Shown: in pieces, positions 25,330 to 37,068 of the stretch
How the letters are laid out: each line of letters opens with the position of its first letter
How positions within the stretch are numbered: the stretch's first letter is position 1
Assembly: GCF_020745735.1 (NCBI RefSeq)
Contig: NC_083408.1
Location: forward strand, 84,226,484-84,290,483
DNA: 64,000 nucleotides
Reading direction: 5' to 3'
DNA from: Hemiscyllium ocellatum
Lineage: Eukaryota
Translations under genes and position numbers: made by a program
The notes under the pieces: generated by a model
Told to the model about the DNA's origin: nothing
Database searches by the model: none
What the model saw: the letters and a program-made list of their open reading frames with translations, nothing else

Positions 25330-27383
25330 GACTGCCAATGAGTCTTGGTGACTTCCTTCATCTAACCTCTGTTCGTTTGATGCCTCCACTATTTCTAGAT
25401 TGTCATCTGGTACAGACACCATCCAATATTGGAGAAGCAGAATTTTTCTCCAATTAAACACTGGAAAGACAGAAGCCAAAGCCTGGATTTGGATCCAGAG
25501 GTATACCTGAGAAGACTTCCAGACCTTACCACACCCAACCTGGGGTAAAGTAACCCACATTTTGATGGGTGCAGTGCAAAATAGAGTCAGGCTTTCTGGT
25601 CCCAAGCCAAATCAGAGGCAGTCACTCTCTCTACCAAGTACCATGGCAGACTGGTTAAAATGTCAGCTGATGTTCACTGGACTGTGTTCTAGTTATGTTA
25701 AATATTAAGCCCCCTAACACACACTCTTCATCCCAACCTACTCCTCCTACCCACACATGCCAACTTTAATCACACACCCACTTCCATGGTGCCTATAGCC
25801 CCAAGCCAAATTACTGCCAATTCACGCTCCCAATCCACTGAGCTTTGTCTTACATGCCAAATCGCCCAGGACCTACCATGGGCATACTCAGGAATTGCGC
25901 TGATATGAGAAGAAAGTTCTAAATATATATTACTGACTCTGTAATAATCAAAATAAATTTCATTCATGAAAGCCAGTTTAAATCCTTTCAAGTACTTAAA
26001 TCTGTTTGTCTTTATAAAGGATAATCAGTCAAACTGAGCTCATCCTACACCAAGATAATGATAGGTTCTGGAAACATTCAAACAATAATGATGCTATAAT
26101 GATAATAGTTAAGATTATATCAGCAAATAACTACGTAAAATTCTAAAACTGATTTTTTCAATTCATATGAGCCAAGCAGGGTTTTATTTCTCAATTTTTA
26201 AAATGCAAACTACTTAATAACTTGACAATTCACAGTCAAGTTATTTAAACAACACCAAATGAACTACAACAGTCAAGAAGTCAGCTCACTAAAACATTCA
26301 AAAGGGGAAATAGTGATCAACCATTAATGTTGGCCCAGCCAGGGTAACCCACAAACATTGAATTAATAAGAAAAACATGGCTAAAGTCATAAGCTACAAG
26401 TTATGTAACCAATGCCCTATCTCCCCAGCAAAAATGGGTCTATTTGAATTCAACATTGAGTTCAAAGGGCCTTGCTAACTTTGGGTTTCCCCCAATATTA
26501 AGTTCCTGTTCCTATTGTCTCAATAGAATTATTTGAAAATGGGCTTTGGATTCAAGGGATCTAGCACCATTTTGGGTAGATTGCTGAGTCTCCATGACTC
26601 CACAAAAATCTTGGTCTTTATCTCTTGATCTCTATTCCCTCGCCACTACCCCATTCGCTTCCTCTGACAGCTGTCTGCTGAGGTTGAACTGGACTCTGGA
26701 TGTCATACCTGAATTTAGGAACATATCAATGCAATATCTAACATTTACTATTTCCTCACTGTAACTTCACCTTTCTCCACCTTTGTCTCAGCTCACCTGC
26801 TGCTTCAATCTTCATCACTGCTTTGAACCTGACTGTTCTAACACACTCCAGACCAATCTCCTTAGTTCGAGCTCCTGTTAACTTAGTCATTCAACATCTT
26901 GCTACCTGTGAGTAAGTTGCACGAAGTCCAGCTCTCCCATATCCCATGTGCTCACTCACCCATGTTAGCTACCAATTAAGCAACACTTCCAATTTTAAAA
27001 TTCTCAACCCTGTTTGTAAATCCCTGTATGCCCTTGAACCTCTTCATCTCTATAATTTCCTCCAAACATACAAATGCCCCTAAGACCAACATACTTTCCC
27101 AATTCAGGCTCTTAAGCACTTCTTATTTTAATAACTCCTTTATTGGCAGCCATGTATTTAGCTTCTCATATCTTAAGCACTGGAACTTCCTTGGTAGAGT
27201 TCTTCACTTTTCTATTTGCATCTTTTCCTCTTGGACACTTATCATGTCCTCTATGAATGACTAACTATCAGTCATTCCTAATATTTCATTTTACAGTTCA
27301 GATTAAAACTTTGTTTGATAATACATACAGCACCTTGGATATTTTATTATATGAAAAGTACTATATAAAGGCAAATTGTTGTC
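25330..27383 (+). mobile_element. Old L2 LINE 3' remnant in two pieces (about 25330-25480 and 26590-27383)
   Basis: IQYWRSRIFLQLNTGKTEA (L2 RT WM..NFL.LN..KTE motif) at about 25420; L2-like 3' end actatataaaggcaaattgttgt; collinear with 38770-39397. Confidence 0.6.
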
Positions 27384-27392
27384 TCTGTACAG

Positions 27393-27621
27393 TGATTCGA
27401 ATGACAGCCAGATTGGCTCATTGGCTATGAGATCCTTGTTTGGGGTTGTTAACCAAGACCAATCAGGGAGCTCTGGCTGACAGATCTAAAAAGGAGATTC
27501 AGAGAGTCTCCTCATTCTAGGGACTGGCTCTGAGCTGGCTGGTAAGAGCCCATATACTGTGTACGTTTAAATAAACAAGGGGATTTGGTGACAGGATACT
27601 AGCCTGTGTAAAGTTATTTCA
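27393..27621 (+). mobile_element. Probable solo LTR (about 230 bp)
   Basis: TG...TTATTTCA ends with ordered CCAAT box, TATA-like element and AATAAA; no internal coding sequence. Confidence 0.55.
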
Positions 27622-28465
27622 CTATGGTTGTAGACCTGTCAGATTCTTGATGGGTCTGATTAATGAAGGATCTGATTGTCAATGGTTTGACAGAGTCTGC
27701 ATCTATCGTTAATGAGTTTGATTTTTGATGGTTCTGTTGGACTCAATCTCAGTCATAACAGCTCTGAATCATTACTAACATAATCAGATTTCATTTTTAA
27801 AGTAGGATGTTAAGGTAAGCTATCTATCACAAGAATTTCAAATATAGTTTTATATTAAAGGCTAATAACTTTATAAAAGACTGAAGACAATGCAGGCTTA
27901 AGCAGAGGATTTTCTTTTTTTCAACTTTTCCAAATTCTGCAGGCATTGGTTTATTAGTCCCCACATGAAGAATAAATACACTGCAATAAATTCTGCCATT
28001 TTACAACATATTTGGGAATTTGATTTTGGAAATATGGCTTCACAAAACTTGATTATACTTAAAATAGAAGCATCAAGACAATCAGTCACACACTCAGCCT
28101 AAGGAATATAATCACTAATGTAAAGCAAAATTCAGACATCACAATCTGTTACTTGGATCTTATTCACAAAGGACCACCTTGAATAAGTGTAGGAACAGCA
28201 TTAAAAAATAATAATAATAAATACTTATAATTAATAGTTGACAGTGTAGTTTATCAAAACCCAGGAATCCAATTAGTTGATTTAGAGATATTTAATGAGA
28301 GCATCTGAGTATTAGGTTAATCTACTGCTCAAGATTCATAGCAGCATTATAGGTATTGACATTATATTTGTAGATCTTCATAATTTCCACACAGCTACAA
28401 AATCCACATGCTATGTCACAGTGAATTCCTGTCTTTGCCCATGAGACTAAATTAATTCCCAGAAG

Positions 28466-28887
28466 AAAATCACAAAACACCAGGTTATAGTCCAACAGGT
28501 TTATTCCGAGGCAATGGCTTTTGAAGTGCTGCTTCTTCATCAGGTGGTTGTGGCATGAGAAGGAGAGAGGCTGTGATTAACAGAGAGGATCCAAATACTG
28601 CCTTGAGAGGCTAGTGTTTTATAATGCTCTCACCCTTCCTGACCCACTGGGAGTATCAGTATTAGCTTGTGAGATCAGCATCTGCAGCTTCCCTCACTGC
28701 TGGGTTACCCAATCCTTGGACTAACATCTATAAAATTTGCATTGAGCTCCTGATTCACTGCATACGCTAAATTTAAAACCATCTAATGAAGAATCAGTGC
28801 TTTGAATGCTAGTGCCTCCGAATAAACCTGTTGGTATTGTGTGATTTTTAACTTTGTTCACTCCAGTCCAACACTGGCTCCTCCAAA
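28466..28887. mobile_element. PLE family C fold-back element enclosing 224 bp of non-PLE sequence
   Basis: Inverted arms at 28466-28553 and 28778-28887 with degraded hammerheads (CAC-CTGATGA-A-GAAGC-AGC-ACTTC-AAAA); approximate TSD attaattcccagaagaa / atcaatcctagaagaa. Confidence 0.75.
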
Positions 28888-29169
28888 TCAATCCTAGAAG
28901 AATGAACAGCCTACACCATCTACATATAAAAAAAGACTTGAAGTAACAAAAGTGTTTGAATACTGTTTTACAGGAGGAGGTCTTATTGTGTAGGAGGTAG
29001 CATCCCTAAACCTGGGCCAGATGCTCTGTATGCAAATCCCACCTCAGACCACAAAAGGTTATCAACATGTAAACCCTTCTGATATGACCACAGCAGGTGG
29101 GAGAGTCTCCTGCACAAATCAGCCAGACGCATGCAGTGCAACAGCCTTCTCAGTTAAGGGAGCTGATGG

Positions 29170-29482
29170 CTTTGTGATTCTATTACTGGAATGTTAATCT
29201 AGAGGCCCAGGTACATTTCTGGGAGCTCTGGGTTCAAATCCTGCCATGGAAGATGGTGAAATTTAATAAAAATTTAGAATTAAGCAGCTAATGCTGACCA
29301 CGACTCCATTGTTGACTCAGGAAAAAGCTATCTGTTGCACGAATGCCCTTTAGCTAAGGAAACGGCCATCCTTACCTGGTCTAACCACAGTAATGTGGTT
29401 GACTTTTAACTGCCCTCTGAGCAATTAGGGATGGGCAATAAATCCTGGTCTTGCTTCTGATGCCCTTGTCCTGTGAATAAAT
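29170..29482 (+). mobile_element. tRNA-derived SINE with LINE-derived 3' tail
   Basis: B-box GGTTCAAATCC at about 29231; tail gcaattagggatgggcaataaat shared with the LINE 3' end at 57150-57215. Confidence 0.7.
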
Positions 29483-29741
29483 TTAGGACTGAAAACACTA
29501 TTTCCTCATTCTTGACATAAGTAGACATCAGCTTGTTCCAATTTACTACAACACACTGTTTTAAAGCAATATTTGAGCAGCACCACTTTTATATTTTGTC
29601 ACTGCTAAGAGTTAGCCAAAGAACATTATTAGTCTTTAAATATTCTTTTGCATGCACTAAGTTGAAATGTAAATTTGGAAATTACACTTTGAACTGGCTT
29701 TCCAATAGTCTACATGAAGGAGGAGGGAATGCCCAGCATTA

Positions 29742-30020
29742 TGATTAGATTCCCTACAGTATGGAAATAGCCCTTCGGCCCAACCAGGCCACACTGACCC
29801 ATCGAAGAGTAACCCACCCAGACCCATTTCCCCCGAATGATGCACCTAACACTATGGGCAATTTACCACAGCCAATTCACCTACCTGCACATTTTGGACT
29901 GTGGGAGAAAACCCACACGGAGAATGTGCAAACTCCACACAGTCACCCAAGGCTGGAATTGAACCTGGGACCCTGGTGCTGTGAGGCAGCAGTGCTAACC
30001 ACTGAGATACTGTGCCACCC
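29742..30020 (-). mobile_element. HE1-type V-SINE, near full length
   Basis: Minus strand tRNA head (gtggcacagtatctcagtggttagcact...GGTTCAATTCC), V-domain tgtggagtttgcacattctcc, CR1-like tail; possible TATGAT TSD. Confidence 0.85.
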
Positions 30021-30354
30021 TATGATAGCCTAACATACATTATTTGTGATATGTTAACAGAAGATCTACATCCAAAGTTAAACAGAAGGGTGGAAGAATG
30101 GGTACTTAAGGCAATAACAGTAAGATGAAATTATGATTGTTTGAGACTGGCAATTTTGCTGGCTACCAGGTGAGAAAGGCAATTCCGAGAGTTATTCCCT
30201 AGTATTTGGAGAGGAGAAGATTGACATTTAGGACTGAACTTGACAAAGGAGGTGGTTATTGAAAGAGCAAAAGGTCAGCAATGGTTTAGGATGAAATTAG
30301 CTGAATGGAAAGGGAAACCATTTGATCTGGAGAGGTGAGGCCTGGTGATTAAGT

Positions 30355-30595
30355 CATTAGAATGAGAGAGGCTGTAATTATCTGAGAGGAGCCAAATACT
30401 TTCTTGAGGGGCTAGTGTTTTATAAACACTCTCACTCCTCCTGGCCCACAGGGAGTATCAGCATTAGCTAGATACCAGCATCAGCTTGATACCAGCATCT
30501 TCAGCTTGCCCTCACTACTGGCTTGCCCAATCCTTAGATCAGCATCTAGAAAATTTGCATTAAGCTCCTGATTCACTGCATAAGCTAAATTTAAA
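30355..30595 (+). repeat. Second copy of the segment enclosed in the PLE at 28554-28777
   Basis: Collinear, roughly 80% identical by eye, with an extra internal gataccagcatc duplication. Confidence 0.9.
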
Positions 30596-30596
30596 T

Positions 30597-32130
30597 ACAT
30601 ATGAAATATGAGCAGAAGTAGATTCTCTGACCCAAATTTTCATCTGATTCCCTGTCAACATCAGGCTTGAACATACTCAACAATTGGCTCCATAACCACC
30701 TGTGGTATAGAATTCCAAAGATTCACAACAGTATCACTGTTAATGGACTCTTTTGAGTAAGAATATCGTCATTCAGAGGGTAGAAAAATCTTTGAAATTC
30801 TCTACCCAGAGGGGTGTGAAAGCGTGATCATTGAGTGCATTCTACACAGAAATTCAGAGATTTCTGGAAACTAACAACATTAAGGGGGTAGGAAGACATT
30901 GCAGGGATTGGCACAGCTATTGTTTAAGTGAAGGCCTCAGCAGGCTTAATGGTTGAATAGCCTATTCTCTGCTCCTCTGTTCCAGAATCAGAGGTCATAG
31001 CCTCATGAAAAATGTTAATCGTTTAAGACTGAGTTCATGAGATTATGCTGTCTGATTTTGGAGACAGAGGAAACATTTTATCTGTAACGACCTCTTTATG
31101 GACTACAATAATTTTAAAAGTTTCAATGAGATCATTTCTCATACTTCAATTTCTAGACAATACAGACCCCGGTTCCTCAGTCCCTCTGCATTCAACAATC
31201 CACTATTCAAGAGTGAACTGCCATTACACTCCCTCAATGGGATGAGAGGACCAAAGCTGTACATAAACTCCAGTGAGGTTTCACTAAGGCATTGTATAGT
31301 TTTGGCAAGACATTTTGTTCCTGTATCGAAATTCCTTTGTGATGAAGGCGAACATATGATTTGTCTTCCTAACTGTTTGCTGCATTTGCAAGCTAATATT
31401 TAATGGCATAAAAACAAGGACACCAGGTCTTTTCAGAAACCTGCATTTCCCAACTTCAACATTAAACAAATATTCTGCCTGTTTTTTTCTCTATCAAAGT
31501 GAATAGGTTCACAGGTATTCACATTCTATTCCATCTGCCAAGTTTGAACCAATGCAATTTACCTGTCCAAATCCCCTAAAGGCATCGTCACAGCTTACAT
31601 TCCTATCCAGTTTAGTTTCATCATCAAGTTTGGAAATTTAAAAATTATTAAATATCCTCTCGACAACTATCTGTAAATCCTTTCTGAATCCTCAATGCTT
31701 CAAGGAGACCATCTTTCAAGCTTCTAAATTCCAGAGAGTATAAGTTTATTTTATTCAATATCTCCATTCAACAACCCTCTCAGTGCAAGAATCAGTTATG
31801 GCCCCAAGAAGATCCTTCATTTGAATAAGGCACCCAAAATTGTGTATGACATTCCAGGTGAAATTTCACAAAAGCAAATTCAGTAAAATGTCTTCATTCT
31901 TGAACGCCATTCCCTCTATAATAAAGATATAGCATGTTAACCTTCTATATTTCAAGTCTAAGACCTTTCACATCCTTCTGTCTGAGTATGATTTTTTTCA
32001 AATTATAAGAAACTTGTTTTTTTCTATTCTTACAAATAAATGGAACAATGTCATTAACCCCATTTTAATACTTTTTTCCCCATTCACATAACCTGTCTGT
32101 ATCTCTTTACAGTCTTTTCCATATTATTTG
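30597..32130. mobile_element. Cluster of old CR1 3' fragments in both orientations
   Basis: gagcagaagtag/gaattccaaagattcacaa antisense motifs; ORF 31284-31469 (ISLQMQQTVRKTNHMFAFITKEFRYRNK) matches CR1 ORF2 at 62100-62300. Confidence 0.65.
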
Positions 32131-33499
32131 CATAACTTACGAAGGAGACAGGAGATTATCAGGAAACTCTGTTCAGATCCAGAGCCTCTCTGTTGATTGC
32201 CTGCTTCTGGCATGAATCTGGTGTTGCAGGGATGCAAGACACCAACATGGTTGGGACTGGGAAATGGTTCCTGCCTTCAATTATTTTCTATATCCACAAG
32301 ATTTCAGAGCTTGTGTCCCCCTCACAGAGTACTCTCCCACCGAGTTTCCTCTCATCAGCAAATTTGGGGAGTTACAATTGATCCTTTCATCCAAACTATT
32401 ATAAAAAATTAATAAGGCCTAAGCACTGGTCCTTGCTATTATTATGGCCAAACAACTTGAAAAATGACCTGCTTATTACTTTCCTTACTGTATGTGAATA
32501 AATTACTGGCCCACTCTGCAGTGACAGATTCACACACCACGAATCCTGTCACGACAAAAATGGGAATGGCACATGCGTGCCTTTTAGGATCATGTTCTTC
32601 ATTTCTCTCATTTAACCACACTGCTTTGGACATTAATATCAAGGTCTTCAGATCGGTGAGCTTAGTTTAATTTAGCAGCTTTGAGAAAAGTGAAGCTGTG
32701 ACAGATCTTTTATTTTCAAATTCCAATCTGCAGCAAATCTAATACTGATCAGGTATTAAGTTGACTAAATAGCATACAGTGTGAGCATCAGCAGAAATGT
32801 CGATGAGCAGTAGCAATTAGTACAATGCTTTGGTGTGTGTTACATGTACAAAGTGCAAAATTATTCATGTTGATGCATGATGCATGTAAATGAGAGATAC
32901 AGTGGTTATTATGCACAGAAAAAAAGCCATTGGATCTGAATGTCACTTAATGCTGGAAGTGTAAAGATATATGCAATGGCAGAGAAAATTAAACTAAAGA
33001 ACCTGCAGAAATGAAAGTTAAGGCATTGAAAATTAGTGTCAATTTCACACTCGCATATGCTGCAGAATTTCACTGTTGCCATTTTGAATTTGCCGGTCTG
33101 TTTGACATCTAGTACCCATGCTTGAAACCAATGAAAACTTCTTTCAACATATGCTTCACAGTTTATAGGCTCTTTTCGACTAATTCCATGTCTCATTGCA
33201 AAGCTAACTGTGGGAAATCACTTGTCCGCTATTTGGACAGTCAAAATGTTTTCTTTTGAGTTTTTTGCGAGCTCTGGCTACTCAATGCAACAGTCATCTT
33301 TTGTGAAGCTGTTTGGTAAGTCAACAGTACGTTTTCACCAGAAATCTTTAATAACTATTGATAAGTTTGCTGCTTGAACAGCTGTTATAGCAGAAAGATG
33401 AGGAGAAGGAAACAGTAGTCCATAGAATTACTGCTGCAGAGACTAGAGACAGAGGGGACATTCACAGAATAGCTTATCGCACATAAATATAGAAGCTCA

Positions 33500-33730
33500 G
33501 AAGCTTAATTTACAGAAAACTGGTTTGTGAGGAGGCCCCACCTTTTCATGGAGTTGAATCTCTCACTGCAGCAGACACAAGACAATTGACATAATTGAGG
33601 ATGGCTGGTAAGATTACCATCATCCTGAATGTTAGCCTCAGAGATTTCCCAGGGCACAGCAAGTGACATTTTCAGCAGAAGTCACTGCATTCTTCAACTC
33701 TGCATTCAGAAAATGGCGTACATATCCTTG
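33500..33730 (+). mobile_element. Possible PIF/Harbinger transposase relic
   Basis: KITIILN / LASEISQGTASDIFSRSHCILQLCIQKM resembles the HARBI1-type HTH segment (KV..ALNF.ASGSFQ....DI.G.SQ......CI..V). Confidence 0.35.
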
Positions 33731-34573
33731 AAAAGAATGCCAATGGCTTTGTATAATTCCCAACACATGACAACAAAGCAAGAGGACCAGACTCTGGTGA
33801 ACATTATTAAATACTCCTGTCTGACACAGAAGTGAATCTGCACAGTTACTGCCTTTGCTGTTTGAGTTCATGTATCTCTGGACATTGGAGTGTGTCTTGG
33901 AAAAATTAGCAAACAGCAATATTCATAGCTGACCTTGGAGGAACCTATGTAAGAGAGCTCATAGCATGGGAACAGATAAGTGCATAGATTTTTAGTGTAA
34001 TCTTGCTGTAAATCTATAATGATGAGGGGATTGAGTTCCTTCTTGATCTTTCTTGTTTTATTAAAATCTGTCTCCTGATTAAATTTTAAAAATATAAACA
34101 ATAATTATTAGCCGGGAGCAGTTTTTTTTAGAGCAATAAGACAGTACTATTTTCTAGGTTTGTATATTGTGAAGGAGTAAAGATGGCCTTTAGTAGAGTG
34201 ATGTGTTTATCCTGATGGATGTGGGAGTTTAGGGCGAGTTTCCATGTTACTGATGATTATGTCAGCGGCAAGTGTCTTTGGTTGTGAATCCTCTCAGATC
34301 ACATAGATCGGTTGGACTGGCAGTTAGAGGCAATAAGGAATTTACAGGAGCATGGATGGTAGTTATAGGAAGGGAGAAAAGCCATAGATACATTCAGGTA
34401 GATGGATTAACTGCAGGAAAGCTAGGAGGGGTATGCAGGTAATGCAGGGGTCTTCTGTGGCTCTCCCCATCACAAACAACAATGTTGTTTTGGAACATTT
34501 AGGGGGTGATGGACTCTCAGGGGAATGTATCATGAACAGCTAAGTTTTTAGTACCAAGAATGGCTCTAATGGA

Positions 34574-35107
34574 TTGAAAGGTACATTGAGTTCCAAGCAA
34601 TCAACTGTGTTAGGCAAATCCCTAGTCAGAGGCACAGACAGATGTTTCTGTGGCCAGCAGCGAAAATTCAGAATGGTGTGTTGCTTCCCTGGTGCCAGAA
34701 TCAAGGATGTCTCAGAGAGGGTGCAGAATGTTCTCAAAAAGGGAGGGGACCAGCAGGAGGTGATTGTACACACTGGATCCAATGACATAGGAAGGGAAAA
34801 GATTGAGATTCTGAAGGGAGATTATAGAGAGTTAGGCAGGAATTTAAAAAGGAGATATTCAATGGTAGTAATATCTGGATTACTCCTAGTGCTACAAGCT
34901 AGTGAGGGTAGGAATAGAAAGCTAGAGCAGATGAATGTGTGGCTGAGGAGCTGGTGGAGGGGAGAAGGGTTTACAGTTTTGGATCACGGGAATCTCTTCT
35001 GGGGTAGAAGTGACCTAAACAAGAAGGACGGATTGCACCTGAATTGGAAGGGGACTAATATTCTGGCAGGGAGACTTGCAAGAGCTGCTGGGGCAGATTT
35101 ATACTAG
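34574..35107 (+). CDS. CR1 ORF1p C-terminal SGNH/GDSL-like esterase domain (open remnant)
   Basis: VLGKSLVRG (GDS.VRG block), CFPGARIKDV, VHTGSNDIG, DGLHLNWKG; catalytic block mutated (GDS to GKS); lies upstream of CR1 ORF2. Confidence 0.8.
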   Translation: MKGTLSSKQSTVLGKSLVRGTDRCFCGQQRKFRMVCCFPGARIKDVSERVQNVLKKGGDQQEVIVHTGSNDIGREKIEILKGDYRELGRNLKRRYSMVVISGLLLVLQASEGRNRKLEQMNVWLRSWWRGEGFTVLDHGNLFWGRSDLNKKDGLHLNWKGTNILAGRLARAAGADLY

Positions 35108-36945
35108 TAAGGTGGGGAGATTGATCCCAGGGAAATAGTGAGGAAAGAGATAAATATGAGATGGTGAACTTGGGAAAAGGAGACAATCAAACAGTTAGGG
35201 TAGGCAGGGACAAAGTAGAGAATAAGGTAGCAATGATAAATTTAATTGCATTTATTTAAATGCAAGATTCCCAACAGGGAAGGCAGATGAACTCAGGACA
35301 TGGTGAGGAACATGGGACTAGGATATAATAACAATTACAAAGACTTCGGGTTGGGCAATAGCTTAATGTCCCAGGAAACAAATGTTATAGGAAGGACATA
35401 AAGGGGTGCAAGAGAAGAGGGAAAGTGGTGTTTTTGATAAGGGATAGCATTATGGCTGTACTTGGGGAGGATATTCCTGGGAATACATCTAGGGAGGTTA
35501 TTTGGATGGAACTGAGAAATAAGAAAGGGATGATCACCTTATTGGGATTGTATTATAGACCCGCAGTATTCAGAGGGAAATTGAGAAACAAATTTGGAAG
35601 GAGATTTCAGTTATCTGTAAGAATAAGAAGGTGGTTATAGTTGGAGATTTTAACTTTCAAAACGTAGACTGCCATAATGCTAAAGGTTTTAATGGGGAGG
35701 AATTTCTTTTAAGTGTGTATAAGAAAATTTTCTGATTCAGTGTGTGGATGTACGTACTGGAGAATGTGCAAAACTTGACCTACTCTTGGGAAATAAGGCA
35801 GGGCAGGTGACTGAGGTATCAGTGGGGGAGCATTTTGGGGCCAGTGACCATAATTCTATTAGATTTAAAATAGTGATGGAAAGAATAGACCAGATCTAAA
35901 AGGTAAAGTTCTAAATTGGAGAAAGGCCAATTTTGATAGCGTTAGGCAAAAACTTTCAAAAGCTGTTAGGGGGCAGATGTTTACAGGTAAAGGGACGGCT
36001 GGAAAATGGGAAGCCTTCAAAAATTAGATAATGAGAATCCAGAGACAGTATATTCCTATTAGGGTGAAAGGAAAGGCTGGTAGTTGCAGGGAGTGCTGGA
36101 TGAATAAAGAAATTGAGTTTTTGGTTAAGGAAAAAAGGAAGCATATGTCAGGTAAAGACAGGATAGATCGAGTGAATTCTTAGAAGAGTATAAAGGCAGT
36201 AGGAGTACATTTAAGAAGGAAATCAGTAGGACAAAATGGGAACAGGTATTAGCTTTGGTAAATAGGGTTAAGGAGAATCCAAAGGGATTTTATAAATATA
36301 TTAAGGACAGAAGCGTAGCTAGGGAGAGAGTAAGGCCCCTCAAAGATCAACAAGGCAGCCTATGTGTGGAAACACAGGAGATGGGGGAGATATTAAATGA
36401 GTATTTTGCATTAGTGTTTACTGTGGATAAGGACATAGAAGATATAGAATGTAGAAAAATAAATGGTGACATCTTGAAAATTGTTCATATTATAGAGGAG
36501 AAGGTGCAGGATGTCTTAAAACGCATAAAAGTGGGCAAATGATCAAGATCTGATCAGGTGTACCCTAGAACTCTGTGGGAAGCTAAGGAAATGATTGATG
36601 GACCCCTTACTCTGATATTTTTATCAGATTGTCACAGATAAGGTGCCGGAAGACCAGAGGTTGGCGAATGGATTCCACTATTTAAGAGCGGTAGTAAGGC
36701 CAGGGAACTATAGACTAGTGAGCCATTTATGGTGGGCAAGTTGTTGGAGGGAATCCTGAGGGACAGGATTAACATGCAATTAGAAAAGCAAGAGCTAATT
36801 GGGGATAGTCAAAATGGATTTGTGAGTGGGAAATCATATCTCACAAACTTGATTGAACGTTATGAATAAGTAACAAAGAGGACTGAGGAGGGCTGAGCAG
36901 TGGACATGATCTATATGGACTTCAATAAGGCATTCAAAAGGTTCC

Positions 36946-37068
36946 GAGGAAAAAGTGAGGTCTGCAGATGCTGGAGATCAGAGCTGAAAATGTGTTGCTG
37001 GAAAAGCGCAGCAGGTCAGGCAGCATCCAAGGAACAGGAAATTCGACGTTTCGGGCATAAGCCCTTCA
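36946..37068 (-). mobile_element. PLE family A single-arm insert (with tail) inside CR1 RT
   Basis: 12-bp TSD TCAAAAGGTTCC at 36934-36945 and 37069-37080 splits the KAF.KVPH motif. Confidence 0.92.

Noticed and set aside
29950-30020. tRNA gene
   Set aside because: A/B boxes continue directly into a V-SINE body and LINE-like tail; it is a SINE head
34574-35107. Host GDSL lipase/esterase gene
   Set aside because: It sits between a CR1 zinc-finger relic and CR1 ORF2, so it is LINE ORF1
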